Shown piece after piece: positions 24,416 to 38,362 of a stretch of DNA of 64,000 nt. The notes under the pieces were generated by a model. It was not told where the DNA came from and made no database searches. It was given only the letters and a program-made list of their open reading frames with translations. How positions within the stretch are numbered: the stretch's first letter is position 1; every line of letters begins with the position of its first letter. A program made the translations under genes and the position numbers. The stretch is from contig OX597817.1 of the NCBI GenBank assembly GCA_951406725.2, positions 83,452,001-83,516,000 on the forward strand, read 5' to 3'. The DNA comes from Octopus vulgaris (Eukaryota).

Positions 24416-27400
24416 TATCGTAACTTTATATATACAGACAATATTTCGTTACTTTATTAAAAACAATATTCTAAATTTTACATGCGCAATTCAACCTGTG
24501 AAGATCAAGAATTAGTATAGTTTTGATGAGCGTGGGCTATTCATACCATTAATGCCAACCTTTAGTAAGGTATGTTTAAGTCTGATCTGCGGAAAGCTGC
24601 ATAAATATAGATATGCAATTGTGCTATGGGGTTTTGCGAAACTACAATTATCCACTTGTTTTAGAGAATAACTATATAAAAAGATTTCCAGCTGTCATAG
24701 AAGCCATATTTGTGGAATTAAATGCCAGGCTATAAAAAGTCGTTTGCTTTGTGTATCTGTGCTGCTTCGCGTGCATAAATAGAATATACAAAATTTATAG
24801 AACAACATATACATTCTCAGTAACCTTTTGATTAAATAAATTCAGAGATACGGGTAGATTTAGACATATTAATTCCTAAAATTTTAAAAATACACTTATT
24901 GTAAACATATTTGTGCATAGCTATACAGTTTCAAAAATCTCCAGTAAAATACTAGAAGGCTGAAATATGAATTCAATCACAATAGGATGTTTGAATCTAA
25001 AATATATAGTTTTAAGTTGTTCTTATAGCAATTGTACCAGCAGTGTAAATGTATCCACCCTACTGTCTATTTCGTAATACTTTGTTGGGTACTTCCGAGA
25101 TTTTTTTCGTCAACAAAAATGAAAGCAGATATTTAGATTTTGGTTTGTTTGATAGAAATTTTATATAACGGTAGATGTGAAAATTAGTATCAACAGTGGC
25201 AGGATTTTTCCTTGAAGAGAATTCCTACCACTTTTATATAATAAACAAGGCCATTTAAAATCATTTTATATATGTTTTTTGCAAGAGCTTAGCCTAATGG
25301 TGTGAGTGTTGCTTGTGAGATTGTGGTTTCGATTCCAAGACCAACAGTACGTGTTCTTAAGCAAGTTCACTCAGATGTAAATGGATAACCTAACAAAAGA
25401 CTGACGCTCTATCCAGAAGAAATGTTAGCCTGCCCGTCTAGCCAGCAGGGTGGCATCATTCAAAAACTAAAACAATGTGGGGAAGCACATTGTGACCAGC
25501 GTTGTGTAACGGCATCCGATGGTCAGGTCGATACTGTAGTATTTTCATTCTTAAGGCGATATTTTTGTCCTGTATGTAAGAAATGGATAATCCAAGAAGA
25601 CAAACCTTAGTCAATACTTTATTTTGGTTTATTTGGTTCTCAGCTGAGAAAAATTATTGATATCAAATCATTCTTACAAAGCAGACAATACGTCGAAAGT
25701 ATAGCCGTTGGCAAAGATTCTTCAGGTTTCTCGTACAGTTTGAAATTTCAAATCTTAAAACATGATACATTGGACATGTGGGTATTCAAGGAAATCGATG
25801 TTATTTTTATTTTATATTCCTTGCTGCTGTCAATGTACACTAATTTAATTTAAAGCAATGCATAATGCTGCCACATTCATAATCCTAAATGGAATTATTT
25901 GGGTTTTAAATATCACTACTTGATGTAGCATGTTTCATTACTCTTTTCAGAAATCACACGGCAACATGACATTCTTTCATTAAATGTAATCTATGAATAT
26001 CATCAAGAGAACATTTAGAAAATATTCTTTATGATGAGTGAATGCACTGACATGCAATGACTGCTAGTTTTATTGTCATTTTAATTGTATCTTTTTTTGG
26101 AAGTTATATTTCATTTAATGATTCGTGTAATATTTTAGCATTGTTAGTTTCATCCGATTAAATTATTCATAATCATGATTAAAACTATAATGGCAGGAAG
26201 AAAAAAGTAAAACAAATGAATAAAGAATACTAATCAATGAGTCGTGATTTATTTATGGAGGCACAAGGGTGATAAAAATGAAAAGCACTTCAATGCTGAA
26301 GTAGTAAGCTATTTATAGTGAAGGTGGGAAGCACAGGCAGACCTTGTTACAGAAGGAGAAAAGAAAAAAGAACAATAATCGAAGTAGAGACTCTTAAGAA
26401 GTTTTCCAAAGAAAAACTCATTCACTAAAAGTAAGTTACTTGCAATTTGTTCATGCAAAACGTTTTGGGAGAAAATACAAAGTGAGGATATGACAGTAAA
26501 TAAAATCTAACACGTGTTAACTAATATTGGTTTACTTTAATCGCCAAGAATAGTTTCCTAACATTGTTCTTATTAAAACAGTAAATGTTTGAAATAAAAC
26601 AGTTTTGATTTCGTTATTTGTTTTATTGACGGCCGAAACTAAACGATTTAAAATGAATAAGATGAAATCATAAAGAACATTGATAGCCTCAAGTTAATTT
26701 TCTGTCAAATAAAAATGTTAGCCTGATCTTTAATTCTCTTTAAAAGGCGAATGTTTCTTTTGTTATTTTGTTATTTAAACACAGTACTGCTTCTGCTTAG
26801 CATTCTGATTCTAAAGAATTTATCCAAGGATTACGTCCGTAGTTTTCAAGATTAAATCAGTTGATTTATTTGATGTATTTAATGTTAAACAATCTCGTGT
26901 TACTAGAGGGTATTTATTATTTGTTTGAAAAGAAAGACTTGTTATTTGTGAAATTAACTGGTTTATTTGTCTAATTATGTATTTCATATGTAATAAATAT
27001 AACGTATAAAGCTCGGAGGCTTTTTAAAATATCATATCAGGATTGAAAACTGTTTTTACAAATGATTCTGCAAAAGAATATATTCACGTTTTGAAAAATG
27101 ATGGGAAATCCAAAAATGTTCATATATTTTTTCGAATTTGTTAATTCTGGGACAACACCAATAGTATTGAGGAGAGAGATATAGTCGGTAATATCAATCC
27201 CACTACATGAATGATATATTAATTGATTCAGTAGAAATGAAAAGTAATCTTGACGCTAGTGAGAACTGAACTCAGAACATAGAGAGACTGAAAGAATAGC
27301 GCAAACAATTTCTCCGATATTCCGTTATATGCATATTATGTGCATTACATACACACAGCGTACACTAGAAAAGCTTCCTTATGTTACACAGCCATTCACA

Positions 27401-27552
27401 TGATCCTTGTAACGTTTGATGAGTAGTAAAATCATCTCCACATAAGTAACGTTTTATTGCTTTTCTATAATTGCCATCATTATTTTGACACCAGGTATTT
27501 GCTGTTGAAACGCGTATCAAGAATGCTGATCTGAGTTTTTTTGCCACATCCT

Positions 27553-27597
<45 letters not shown>

Positions 27598-27599
27598 TA

Positions 27600-27725
27600 T
27601 ATACGGCAAATAAGAAAATGTAGAGAATACAAAAACGACATACGTCAGCCGGTAGACATACTAGAATGTCTACCGGCTGATGCATGTCGTTTTTGTATCC
27701 TCTCCATTTTCTTATTTGCCGTATA
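27600..27725. repeat. ~60-bp-arm hairpin adjoining (TA)n
   Basis: tatacggcaaataagaaaatg...ggtagacat / atgtctacc...cttatttgccgtata, 6-nt loop. Confidence 0.9.
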
Positions 27726-28273
27726 AATTAAGGGTAAACCACTTTTTAGCTCCGCCCATATATAACGCTCAATTGCGAGATTACTACGCAATAACTAACA
27801 CTTGGGTATGAATAATTGGGTACACTACCACCAGTATATTGGACAGGTAGTATCCCTTGGTTGGTTTTCCAGCCTCTAACTCACATAGAAATATATATAT
27901 ATGTAATTATGAGTTAGGGGTTATGCAACCGTGTAAGGGATAAATGTATCCGTAGACACTACCGGTATATTACCTAATTATGTATACGCCTCGCTATAAG
28001 GTTAACAGTAGTTGGCGATTTAAATGTAAACCGTACTTTAATATATTCAGATAAAAAAAAATGGAGTAACGATTAACAATTAGAAGTTGATCATTGGTAT
28101 TAAATGGTCGTAGTTAAAATAACATTTTAAAAAAATTAATTTTCATGTCTTAAGAGAAACAGAAGAAAATGATTGTTCAAAATTCCTTATACGTCTTAAA
28201 GTTTATTTAGGTAAAAAAATTGTTTCAGATGAAAACTGCATCATATCATTTTTATTAGCTATTTAATTTTTAA

Positions 28274-28487
28274 GCAGCGACCTGGCAGATTCGTTAAGCA
28301 TCCCAAACAACGTGCTTGGCGAAATTTTGCCCGTCTTTGCGTTCTGAGTTCAAATTCTGCTGTGGTCATCTTTGTTGTTCATTCTTTAGGGGATCGATAT
28401 AAAAAAGATTAGTACCATTCTATCACTGACGTCGTGCAATCAACTGGCCCCGTTCCCCCAAATTGTGCATATAACGGAAAGGGTAAT
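28274..28487 (+). mobile_element. tRNA-derived SINE (family B), diverged
   Basis: Similar to 31985-32204 (ctggcagattcgttaagca...gttctgagttcaaattctgc). Confidence 0.7.
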
Positions 28488-29989
28488 TTTATTTATTTTT
28501 GCAGAAGATTCATAATAAAACCTGATGTTTGCTTATGATGACAGTGTTCACTATACAGTTTCTATTCAAATTTACTTATACTCCCATGCATGGTGAAAGT
28601 GGAGATAATACGTTCCAAAATATGTTTTGAAACGCGTGGCCTTGAAGTTCCTTTGAAATTTTGTGGTACCAGTTAGTCTGTTGAATCTCAGCGTTTTCAA
28701 ATATATATATTTACTGGTTCCATATTTACACTTAGCATCGCAAATCACACTAAACAATTTTTTGGCCACCTCTTTGATTCCACTTGCAAATACTATGAAC
28801 TAATCCAGCGTGCATTAAGTGTCTGGGCCATCTATGCAATAGATCGTTAGTAACTGGATGTGAACAGCGTTTGTTACGGGAAATAAGGTGATATTATGTC
28901 AAATCTGTGAACTGCAATATATATATTTGGCAAATTGTGTGGATCATATAATTGTATTTGTGACCGTTTCAAAATTGAATTAGTTGTAAGTAATATATCA
29001 TTCCAGTCCTTTGGCAGAACCCTTGAAGATAAAACAATGTATCCAGAATAAACACGGGTGGGTTTCTTGCTTTTTATAATGAAACACTGACTTAAAATGA
29101 AAGAGGATTCATAAAAAGCAAAGTAAATACGATTCATGAAACTGAGTCAAATTTTGTATTATTCTCAAAATAAAAAGCAAACATAAGCTTACTCCAAAGT
29201 TCTTTCTGAAGTATTCTTAAATATCAACGAATGACAAAATGTCGAAGTACAGCTATTTCCCGTAACATTTCTTGTGTTTTCAATAAAAATACTTGATTAA
29301 ACACAAGAGTTAACCAGTCGCGGTTTTGAACGTTTTAGTCGATAGAAACTGCTGTTGCTTCTAAAGTGTCAACGCCATCTGGATTTAGAAGGTAATAGAA
29401 ATCTAACAGACATTTTGTTAGGGTAGTGAGTGTATAAAATTAACAGAGTTTTAAAAAGGTTACGGCTATCATATGTTTATAGATCAAGTGGCTAAAAGGC
29501 AGTGTCGAGTGTTTAGTAAAAAGGTGGGCATTCAGTCTACATTATATTGATCAATATACATTGGTTTCTGGATTAAAAGTAACAAGTTCAGTCCTAAGCA
29601 TAAACTTACCTGATTAGCTGGAAGGGTATATTGTTGATCCATATTGGATTGATTTGAGGTGTAGTGTCTATACAAATTGTTTTCATAATCACTCATTGAA
29701 CGCTTCTGTCATAACCCTTCTCCATAAGAGAAGATAAATTCAACAAAGAGCATCTACGTGGTTACAGTATCTGCTAGAAATAGCAGTCAAATTTCCCTCA
29801 AATCGCACTCTGATGTTTTGAAAATGTACGATGCTTTAGATTATGTAGACCCAGTGACATTTCAGACATCAAATGCATATTGACTATGAAAACTAGTGAG
29901 AATTATAATTATTTCTTTAAAATATAAGTAGACAATTCGTAAGTAGGGCAAATCATTAATCTTTTACCAAACATGTTATGAAGGGCCAA

Positions 29990-30900
29990 CTGAGTATTTT
30001 TGGCATGATTTTCTTCCAAGCATAAATTATTTTCTTCCTTTTCACATGATGATTGATGTTTGATTTCAATGAGACATCACTTTATATGTGAAACCAATTC
30101 TTCAATATCATCGAAATCCAATTCTCAAGCATTGGTAGCCGTTTCATCAATGAGTTTATTCAGTAGATATTTGAGATTATCAACTTATACGGTCGAGCAA
30201 AAGATACTCGGATGCTACTTTCATCCAGATTCTTTCAAACTGCTGTCCTTCATTTCATTGTGCATATTTTCAGCTGTATTCTTAACGTTAATTTTATTCC
30301 AAAACATTTGAAGAGTAATAATATCACCACCAATGGGGACTTTAATTACTGAATTCTTCCACAATAACCAGCCTTTAATGTAATTGATGTCCTCTGATGC
30401 ATGGAATACAGCAACAATATTGCTTAGTAGCAAAATAAGAAATACTAAGCGTGTTAAGATGACAACATATCAAAAATTATTAAAACTGAAAGCTAATTTC
30501 TTTAGCAATATCTTTCAACATCCGGACAAAAAATATGACGTGGTGACCCGAAGCCATTTTATATGGTTGCCAAACGACTGCAAATATTGCTTGTGAAATT
30601 ATAAAATTTCTTTGGTTTGACTAATAAAGACCAGTTTTACTTTGAAGTCCTTTCAGTGTTGCCTTCAAGTAACGTGATTAGCCAATAATTTAATGATTTG
30701 CAACAAGGCTGCAATGTTTCGTGTTTTGCTATAAAAATTTCTTGATGGCATTTACTTCCAGAAAAGGCAGGTTTTGTCCATGCAAAAGATTTGACGATCA
30801 TTGTAATTTTCTTCGATTATCTTCTTTTAATTTAGTGACAGATTCCATAACAACTTTTTCATGTGCACTAGCATTCCTGTTTGAGTTTTAACATCCCTAA
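29990..30900 (-). pseudogene. Decayed pogo/Tigger DDE transposase
   Basis: Manual translation DRQIFCMDKTCLFWK*MPSRNF.IAKHE...LITLLEGNTE.DFKVKLVFI and ITLQMFWNKINVKNTAENM, cf. QIFN.DETGLFWKKMPSRTFIA..E...RLTLLLGGNA.GDFKLKP; stops and frameshifts. Confidence 0.75.
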
Positions 30901-31984
30901 TCAATATTTACCGACAGTAATTTTTGCCATCCCATCTTAATATTTCTTTTCTTCCATTTGAGGGAAAACGTCTGTAAGGATCATTCATAATATTATTACT
31001 TTTATCAATTGAATCTGACTACTTATAATTTCAATTTTCGAAACAAAGTACTCAAACAGATTGCACGTTTAATAACAAAGACGCTGCTTTATATTCACCA
31101 CGATATTCGTTCACTTACCTGGATGAAACCTGGTTTTTATACAGAATTTTATATTTAATATTTCAAGTAATAACTTTCGCTTTCTTTCAGATATATTCTA
31201 TCGTGGTATCACTATTTCTTACGGATAGAATTACATTTTCAACTTACACAGGAACACAGTAACTTTCTTGATAAGCGTATAACATGTCCTCTTGCACGAG
31301 TGATTAAAAAGAAAGAGTTATAGTGAAGGTTCAGCTGCTTATTTGTAATAATTCGCGCACCATTTTCAAGCACATAAATAAAATTACACACTGCACAAAT
31401 TATGGGATGATTACGTTACAATAAACTTAATCGCAGTAGCTAAAACTACGTCCATCAAAACTATGGTAAGCAGAGATAGCTATGGAGTGAAAAAGAAAGA
31501 GGATAGTCAGAGTTTCAATGTTTCAATTTTATTGATATCTACGAACTGTAATGTAACTTAATATGCAAGCTAATTCAGTCATTTTCAATGACAGGCATTA
31601 TATGTTATATACAATAATCAGAAATATGTGAGAATGGATGTTTTCATTTCATTGGTTTGCTAATTTCCAATAATTACTGCCATTGCTTTATTCATTAATT
31701 ATTGTTTTACTTCTCAGTCTTGTTTGCTCTGGTGGATTTTGTAAGAGCGGGCAGCAGCCTGTTGTCAGAGATCTAACAGAGTCTCTTTCCGTACATTGTA
31801 AGCTTTGATAATTGGTTGTTAATTATCGTGGAAGACATCCAACACCAGGTACCAATATCAAAATCTTGGCTTTCCTCAGAAGAGCAGATTTTATATGTCT
31901 TGCTCTGCTCTCATATCAATTCCGATTTCTCTAACATATTTCTATTCCGATTTCTCTGTTTATTATCATTATTATTATCATTAA

Positions 31985-32204
31985 GGCGGCGAGCTAACAG
32001 AATCATTAGCACGCTGGGCAAAATGCTTAGCGTCATTTCATCCGTCCTTACGTTCAGAGTTCAAATTCCGCCGAGTTCGGTTTTGTCTTTCATACATTCG
32101 GGGTTAATAAATCAAGTACCAATTGAGTACCGGGGCCGTTGAAATCGACTGTCCCCGTCACCAAAAATTTTAGGATTTGTGCCTATAGAAGAAAGGATTG
32201 TTAT
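31985..32204 (+). mobile_element. tRNA-derived SINE (family B, GGCGGCGAGCT..CAGAATC head) with (TTA)n tail
   Basis: A-box/B-box-like head (GAGTTCAAATTCC). Other copies at 369-391, ~12600-12790(-), ~20013-20200, ~27160-27305(-), 32898, 35895, ~38775, ~51668-51790(-). Confidence 0.85.
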
Positions 32205-32209
32205 ATTAA

Positions 32210-32276
<67 letters not shown>

Positions 32277-32820
32277 GAATAGGAGAGCAGTGCAAGCCAT
32301 CAAAGTGACACTGGGGTAAAATATACGAAGCCCAGTATACCCATCATGGCTACTCGTCTGATAAGGGTACACCAGGCACATGCCTCACAACCATGTGTGC
32401 GCGACATGGTGATCTCATATCGAGATTAACAGCATGCGACCTTGCAGGTGGGGTCCAGTTAGAATTCTCTTCGGGTCTAGTAGCCCATAACAAATATAAA
32501 GTCCCCGAATAAGTGTTGTTTAAGGATGTTGATCGAAACACCCATGTTTCCAGATATGAATTATCTAAATCCACAAAAATTCCTCTCAACACATGGCTAT
32601 GATGCTTTCCCCACTACTTCTGCTCGGGATCAGAGATAAAGATATCGTCAGTCACTAAGGTACATGCTCAACTGGTTAAAGTAAAACTACAGACAAGTAA
32701 ATCTGTGGTATTGAGCAGAATATTTGCTATAGCCCATCTTTAATACCAAGACAAAATAATGTACATGGTAACACTTCCAATCAGTTAAGATCAGAAGCTA
32801 TGACAGCCACTGCCTGGTTT
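32277..32820 (-). mobile_element. Non-coding insert between (TTA)n tracts, probably a 5'-truncated 3' UTR of a TAA-targeting non-LTR element
   Basis: Sharp boundaries with (TTA)n on both sides; on - strand it ends in ...ctattc(AAT)n; no long ORF. Confidence 0.55.
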
Positions 32821-32852
32821 ATTAATATTATTATTATTATTATTATTATTAT

Positions 32853-32890
<38 letters not shown>

Positions 32891-32897
32891 TTCTTAA

Positions 32898-33105
32898 GAC
32901 GATGAGATGGCAAAATCTTTAACACGCTAGGCAAAATGCTTAACGGCATTTCGTCCGTTCTTACGTTCTGAGTTCAAATTTTTGCCTTTCCTCTTTACGA
33001 GGTCGATGAAATAAGTGTCAGTTAAACACCGGGGTCGATTTACTCGACTTAACCCCCTCCACCAAAATATCAGCCTTTGTGCCTATAGTTGAAAAGATTA
33101 TTATT
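32898..33105 (+). mobile_element. Family B SINE
   Basis: Similar to 31985-32204. Confidence 0.8.
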
Positions 33106-33129
33106 ATTGTTGTTGTTTTTGTTGTTGTT

Positions 33130-33930
33130 ATTTACTTTTAATCTGCATATTTGTTACAATCACTTGCTGAGACACACCAAGCGTCCTAGGGCGAGTGAAG
33201 GATAAGAGATATTACAGTATGATTGAAAGCTTCGGGAGGGGAAGTAGCATGGGCAGTAGCGAAATATCTTCATGTAATACAACACAGGCATTTAAATTGA
33301 TAGGGTTTTTCTACGGATGTGAGCAGTACTTGTCAGCACCATCTTTTGGATTTTTCATAGACACGATCCTTCTGGGATGTTATCTAGATGTTTCTGACAT
33401 CCGGTTTTTTTATCAATCATAGGGCACCTACAATAACAGGAACAATTCTTGCTTTAAGATCCCACATTTTTTTTGTATTTCAATTTCCAGATCCTTATAT
33501 TTACTTAATTTGTCAAATTCTTTTACAGTTATCTTTTTATCGGTGGTAACACTTACATCTATTAGTCTACAAGTATTTTCTTCCCTATCTATTATAATTA
33601 TGTCTGGTCGATTAGCCTGCATCGTTCTGTCAGTGTTGACTGGAAAATCCCAGAGGACAGTAACATCATAATGGTCATACCAGGAAACAGGAATGCCAAT
33701 TTTGTAGAATTTACATGTTATCCAATGTAAATACTGTCCTATCCTATCGGGGCGATTTTTATATTTGTTTTGTGTCGGCACAGGACACCTCAAAACAAGA
33801 TGGTCTATTGTTTCGTCAAATGCGTCGTAGATTCTGTATTTAGGGTCAGAACCGTTTTGAAGAATGTTAACCTGATAGTTTCTGGTAAGAAAGCTTTGAT
33901 CTTGTGCCGCCAATATGAAACCTTTATATT
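33130..33930 (-). pseudogene. R4/Dong-clade non-LTR retrotransposon 3' fragment (zinc knuckle plus restriction-like endonuclease)
   Basis: ORF 33428-33913: AAQDQS..TRNYQ, degenerate CCHC (ETIDHLVLRCP), WDFPVNTDRT.QANRPDIII, LIDVSV, KLSKYKDLEIEI (PD..D RLE). Bounded by TAA/CAA repeats. Confidence 0.9.
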
Positions 33931-35894
33931 ATTATTATTTGACGAGTGTCTATTTTCTCTTTCTACGCTCTTACTGTAGTCCCCCTATATATTTTGCGCA
34001 TTCACTCTCTCTTTCAGTTCTTGCTCTCTATCCCTTGTTCTGAGTGTATAACTGTGTGTATGTGTGTATCAATACATTTAAAACTTTATTATCAGAATTT
34101 CTATAGTTGCATCAGTTAATTTGGGAATCTGAAACATTTTCTGAGTATGATTGTAGAAAAAAGACTTAGCTGCAAACACACTTATCAAATTTATCGAATC
34201 TGTAGGGAAATATAAATATACCAACACACGCACACATTCATACTGAAACGCATCCATACACATAGACATAGATGTGAACTCGTGTCGATGAAAAATTTAC
34301 TATTCAGCATACATATATGTGCTTATATATGTATGATGCATGTATATATATATATGTATTTATGGATGTGCGTATGTATGTGTTTATGCATACATGTATG
34401 CATTTATGTACAGATACTATAAACGACTGAATGCTTGGGCATTCTAACTGTAAAGTATTTTACTTTTCCATGTTGTGCTTTTAGCATCGTCAGTTAAAAG
34501 TAAGAAAAACGTCAAAGGCGGCAACCTAAAGGAACTGCAAATCGACGTAAAGAGCAGGGGGAAATCTGGCACTGTGAAGAAATGAGTGGAGCGACTTTAT
34601 AAGTGAACGGTGTTAAAATTTTGAAGTGGGTGGCCGCCAGCATGAAACCCTAACGCGTCGTCTTCGAAAGGTCTGTCGTCGGAACCTCAATAGAGACATA
34701 AAGCATTAAAGGGGTGAAAACTATGACGGTGTACTCCTTTCTATGGCTGAGTATGTCAACCATTTGCACTTCCATAAAAGACCAACTGTATGCCATGTCC
34801 TCCCAACTAGACCAGATGTTCGACATGTATAATATGCGGAAGAGTTTGCAAGGTTGAAAAAGACATGACAGTTCACAAAGATCGTATCTCATAAAGTAAC
34901 CCGATCAGATCAGTTGAAGTTACAGCTCTCGTCAATCATCTATGCTGCTAACTATGCAGATATGCAACAGATCAAGATAACAGTCAGCGAAGTCATTGAC
35001 GGAGAGTTATAAATAACATTGACAACGAAGAAGCACAAAGAGACGACGATCATCTGTGAAACGGAGCAATTTATGTATGTATGTATGTATGTATATATGC
35101 ATGTATGTATATGAAAGTATGTATGTGTGCATGTATGGATATAAGTATATATATATGCAATTATGTATGCGTGTATTTATACACGTATGTATATAAATGT
35201 ATTAATGCATGCATCTATATACGAATGTACGCATACATATTTACTTACATGCATTATATATATTTGTAGCCATTTGTGCATGTATACTTCCATGTATTTA
35301 AGTACGTATGTGTAAGTGTATACATTTGTAAGACATATGCTGATATGAAATTTAACGAGTTAGGTATTATGAAAAATTCCTTTCTTCTCATTTACCGAAA
35401 AGATTTTAAGCAACATTTCCGTCTTGCTAACCTAACATTTTTCATCTCTTCATACCAAGAACAATTATGTATATCATTGACGAAGATTTTCCATAAATAA
35501 ATAACAACGACTCTTCTTTGGTCCATAAAACCACTTCCCTTCTCTTTCCTCTCTCGCTCTCTTTCAATCCCCTTTCTCTGTCCCTGCCTCTCTTTCTCTC
35601 TCTCCTTCTTTCTCTCTCAACAAAATAATTCCATTTTCCTTTTAAATACTAACATATAATATTCACATTTCAAAGGTATTTTATTCATACTTATTTTTTT
35701 AATTGCTTGACTTCATATGCTCTATCATTCCGATTAAACGCTTTCGTCTTGAAAACTGATTCTTCAGAATATCCTTGTAGATTGTTGCGTGACTTGTTTT
35801 AGCTACTTGAATCCTTTTAGCTCAGAGAAAATCTAAACCTAAATTTTTGTTTAAAATGCTTCAAGTTAAAGTTTCTGATTTAAGAATTAACTAA

Positions 35895-36105
35895 GGCGGC
35901 GAGCTGACAGAATCATTAGCACGTTGGGAAAAATACTTCGCGACATTTCGTCCGACTTTACGTCCTGAGTTCAAATTCTGCCGAGGTCGTCTTTGCCATT
36001 CACCCTTTCGGAGTCGATTAAATAAGTACCAGTCGAATACTGGGGTCGATGTAACCAACTATCCTCCACCGAAATTGTTGGCCTTGTGCCAAAATTTGAA
36101 AGTAA
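35895..36105 (+). mobile_element. Family B SINE
   Basis: Near-complete match to 31985-32204. Confidence 0.85.
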
Positions 36106-37162
36106 TATAAGAATTAACTGCAATTTCTCCTTGTGAATCTAAAGCTGAAAATAGGAACTCACTCTAGATAATGTTTCACGAAACGTCCTGTACATGCTAT
36201 TTTCTCAGTGTCACCAGAGGTGCCTAAAAATTATAGTTCCTCTTAATTGTGCTTATTATATATTAGGTGTGCGGAAACACATTATGAATGACATAGTTTT
36301 TAGTACCGCTTCATCCACACACACGGACACGCACACACATACACAAATACATAGTGTTGGTATGTGTGTGTGAGTATGTACGTATTATTATGTACGACAA
36401 ATTCGTTAGACCACCGACGATAATGTTTTTGACTCTCCGCTCTGAATTCTAATTCCACCGTGACGTGCCTTGCCTTTTACTTATAAGTGGGTTAGAAAAG
36501 AAAGTAACATTCCAGTGCGGCTTATTAGCAGAGCTGTGAGAGCATCGGGAGTGATGCCTTGTGATATTTATTTTAGAGTCTTGCCTCATGCAACACTGGT
36601 GCCTACTTACACGTACGGGCCGGCCATGTTCTCTCCGACAGCATCAACTTCGTTTCTTTCAACAAGTTCTTGTTTGGACTAAATCTGTCTTGTTAAACTG
36701 GGCTGCTGCCAAGTCAACAGATATCATTATTTAAAGTTTAAAAATCAATGAAGTTTTAATGGATCTGATACCAACTAAACTGACAAAACAAGTTAACCTC
36801 AATGCCAACTAAATATATTAATTAACAGATTGAAAGTTTTAGCATGTTTATTCTAAGGAAATATTTCCTTTTAAATGAACTGCTGGCTCTCTTCTGATTT
36901 CGCTTGCTTTCATCTTAACAGTTTAATCTGTCATGTCAACTAATCAAATTTCTTTAGAAAGAAATAAAGTAATTAGTATGAAAATTAAGATTGTTTTGCT
37001 TTGATTAGCTCCAATTTCTATAGAGAAAGAATTCAAAAAACATCAGTGTGCTTCACTATTCCTTCTTTCCAGAAGGTTTAAATGATGTAATGAGAAACGA
37101 ATTGTGTTCGTAGACAGCCACCGGGTGATTAATCATGATCTACCGAGTTCTTTCAACACACA

Positions 37163-37230
<68 letters not shown>

Positions 37231-38362
37231 TGGATATCTTCTACAAAGGAAGAAAATTTGTCTGTGACGGTCATTCTTTACTCACAAACATTATATAAGT
37301 CATGTTGTAGAACCCGTAGACTCGTAGACTATAATTCGGTAAACGATTATATTATTTTGTGGAAACACAATGCGAAAAGATAATTATAAGGTTGGTAATT
37401 ATTTACAAGAAGCTGATCTCGATACAGTTATCATCTGCACGATAAGGAAGTAGAAAATTATTTACCCTCCTACCTATTTGTTAGTAAAGAGAATACAATT
37501 CCAGAAATATTCGAATTATTGTTGGTTGTACTCTATCTTCTGTATCTCAATATTTATTGTAGCTTCTTTTCACATGCTTTGATTTTATGGACTCTTTTCC
37601 GACTATTTTTGATTATTTATAAAGTAAGCGTCTACTTTTCGCAACCTAAACAAAATGTTTTTTTGCAGAAAACACATTAGCGTAAGTCTTTTCTTTCATA
37701 TCCTTCTATCCTAACGATTTGTACAGCAACTATCAATTGATACCTGCTAACTATAGCAGCTGTCACGTGATTTAAAGGACGAATAGGAATTTATACATTA
37801 ATATGAGGTGAGATGCTATGTTTACGGAGCAATACTTGCGGATTTTATTAATCGTAACTTTGAAAATTGAATTCATTAGAAAAAAAGTGTTCGGGATTAA
37901 AAGATCTGTATACTGATTTTAACCAGTACGAAACTACTATGTTACAGCGTCAAGTACTACGAGATAGGTTTCAAATTTATCCAAATTGCTAAAGAACAGT
38001 ATGGTTACTTACAGGTAACGAGCAGGTCAATCATTTGGACATCAATAAAGCTATGCCCATTGTGATGCAAAGCCTATAAGGTGCTACCTTCTTTGTACGA
38101 TGCAGATCTGCAGCGGATCAGAAAAGTCATGGACAGGAATTTACAGATGCTGTTGACAACGAGGAAGAAACAAAGAGACGGTGATCATCTGTGAAAGGGA
38201 AGCAATATAATGTAAAAGCCAAATTTGAACACATTCCCTTATAGGAAGTTGATATGAATGCAGATTCATTGAACTTGCTCTACTGAGGTATTTTGTATGC
38301 GGTCATTCCGAAATGAATCCTGAAGAAGCCTTTGAAAAACCATAGGTAAAATTCTTAAGATC

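Noticed and set aside
23110-30900. Two convergent Tigger remnants as one composite transposon
   Set aside because: No matching outer TIRs or TSD found, and the copies are very divergent from each other.
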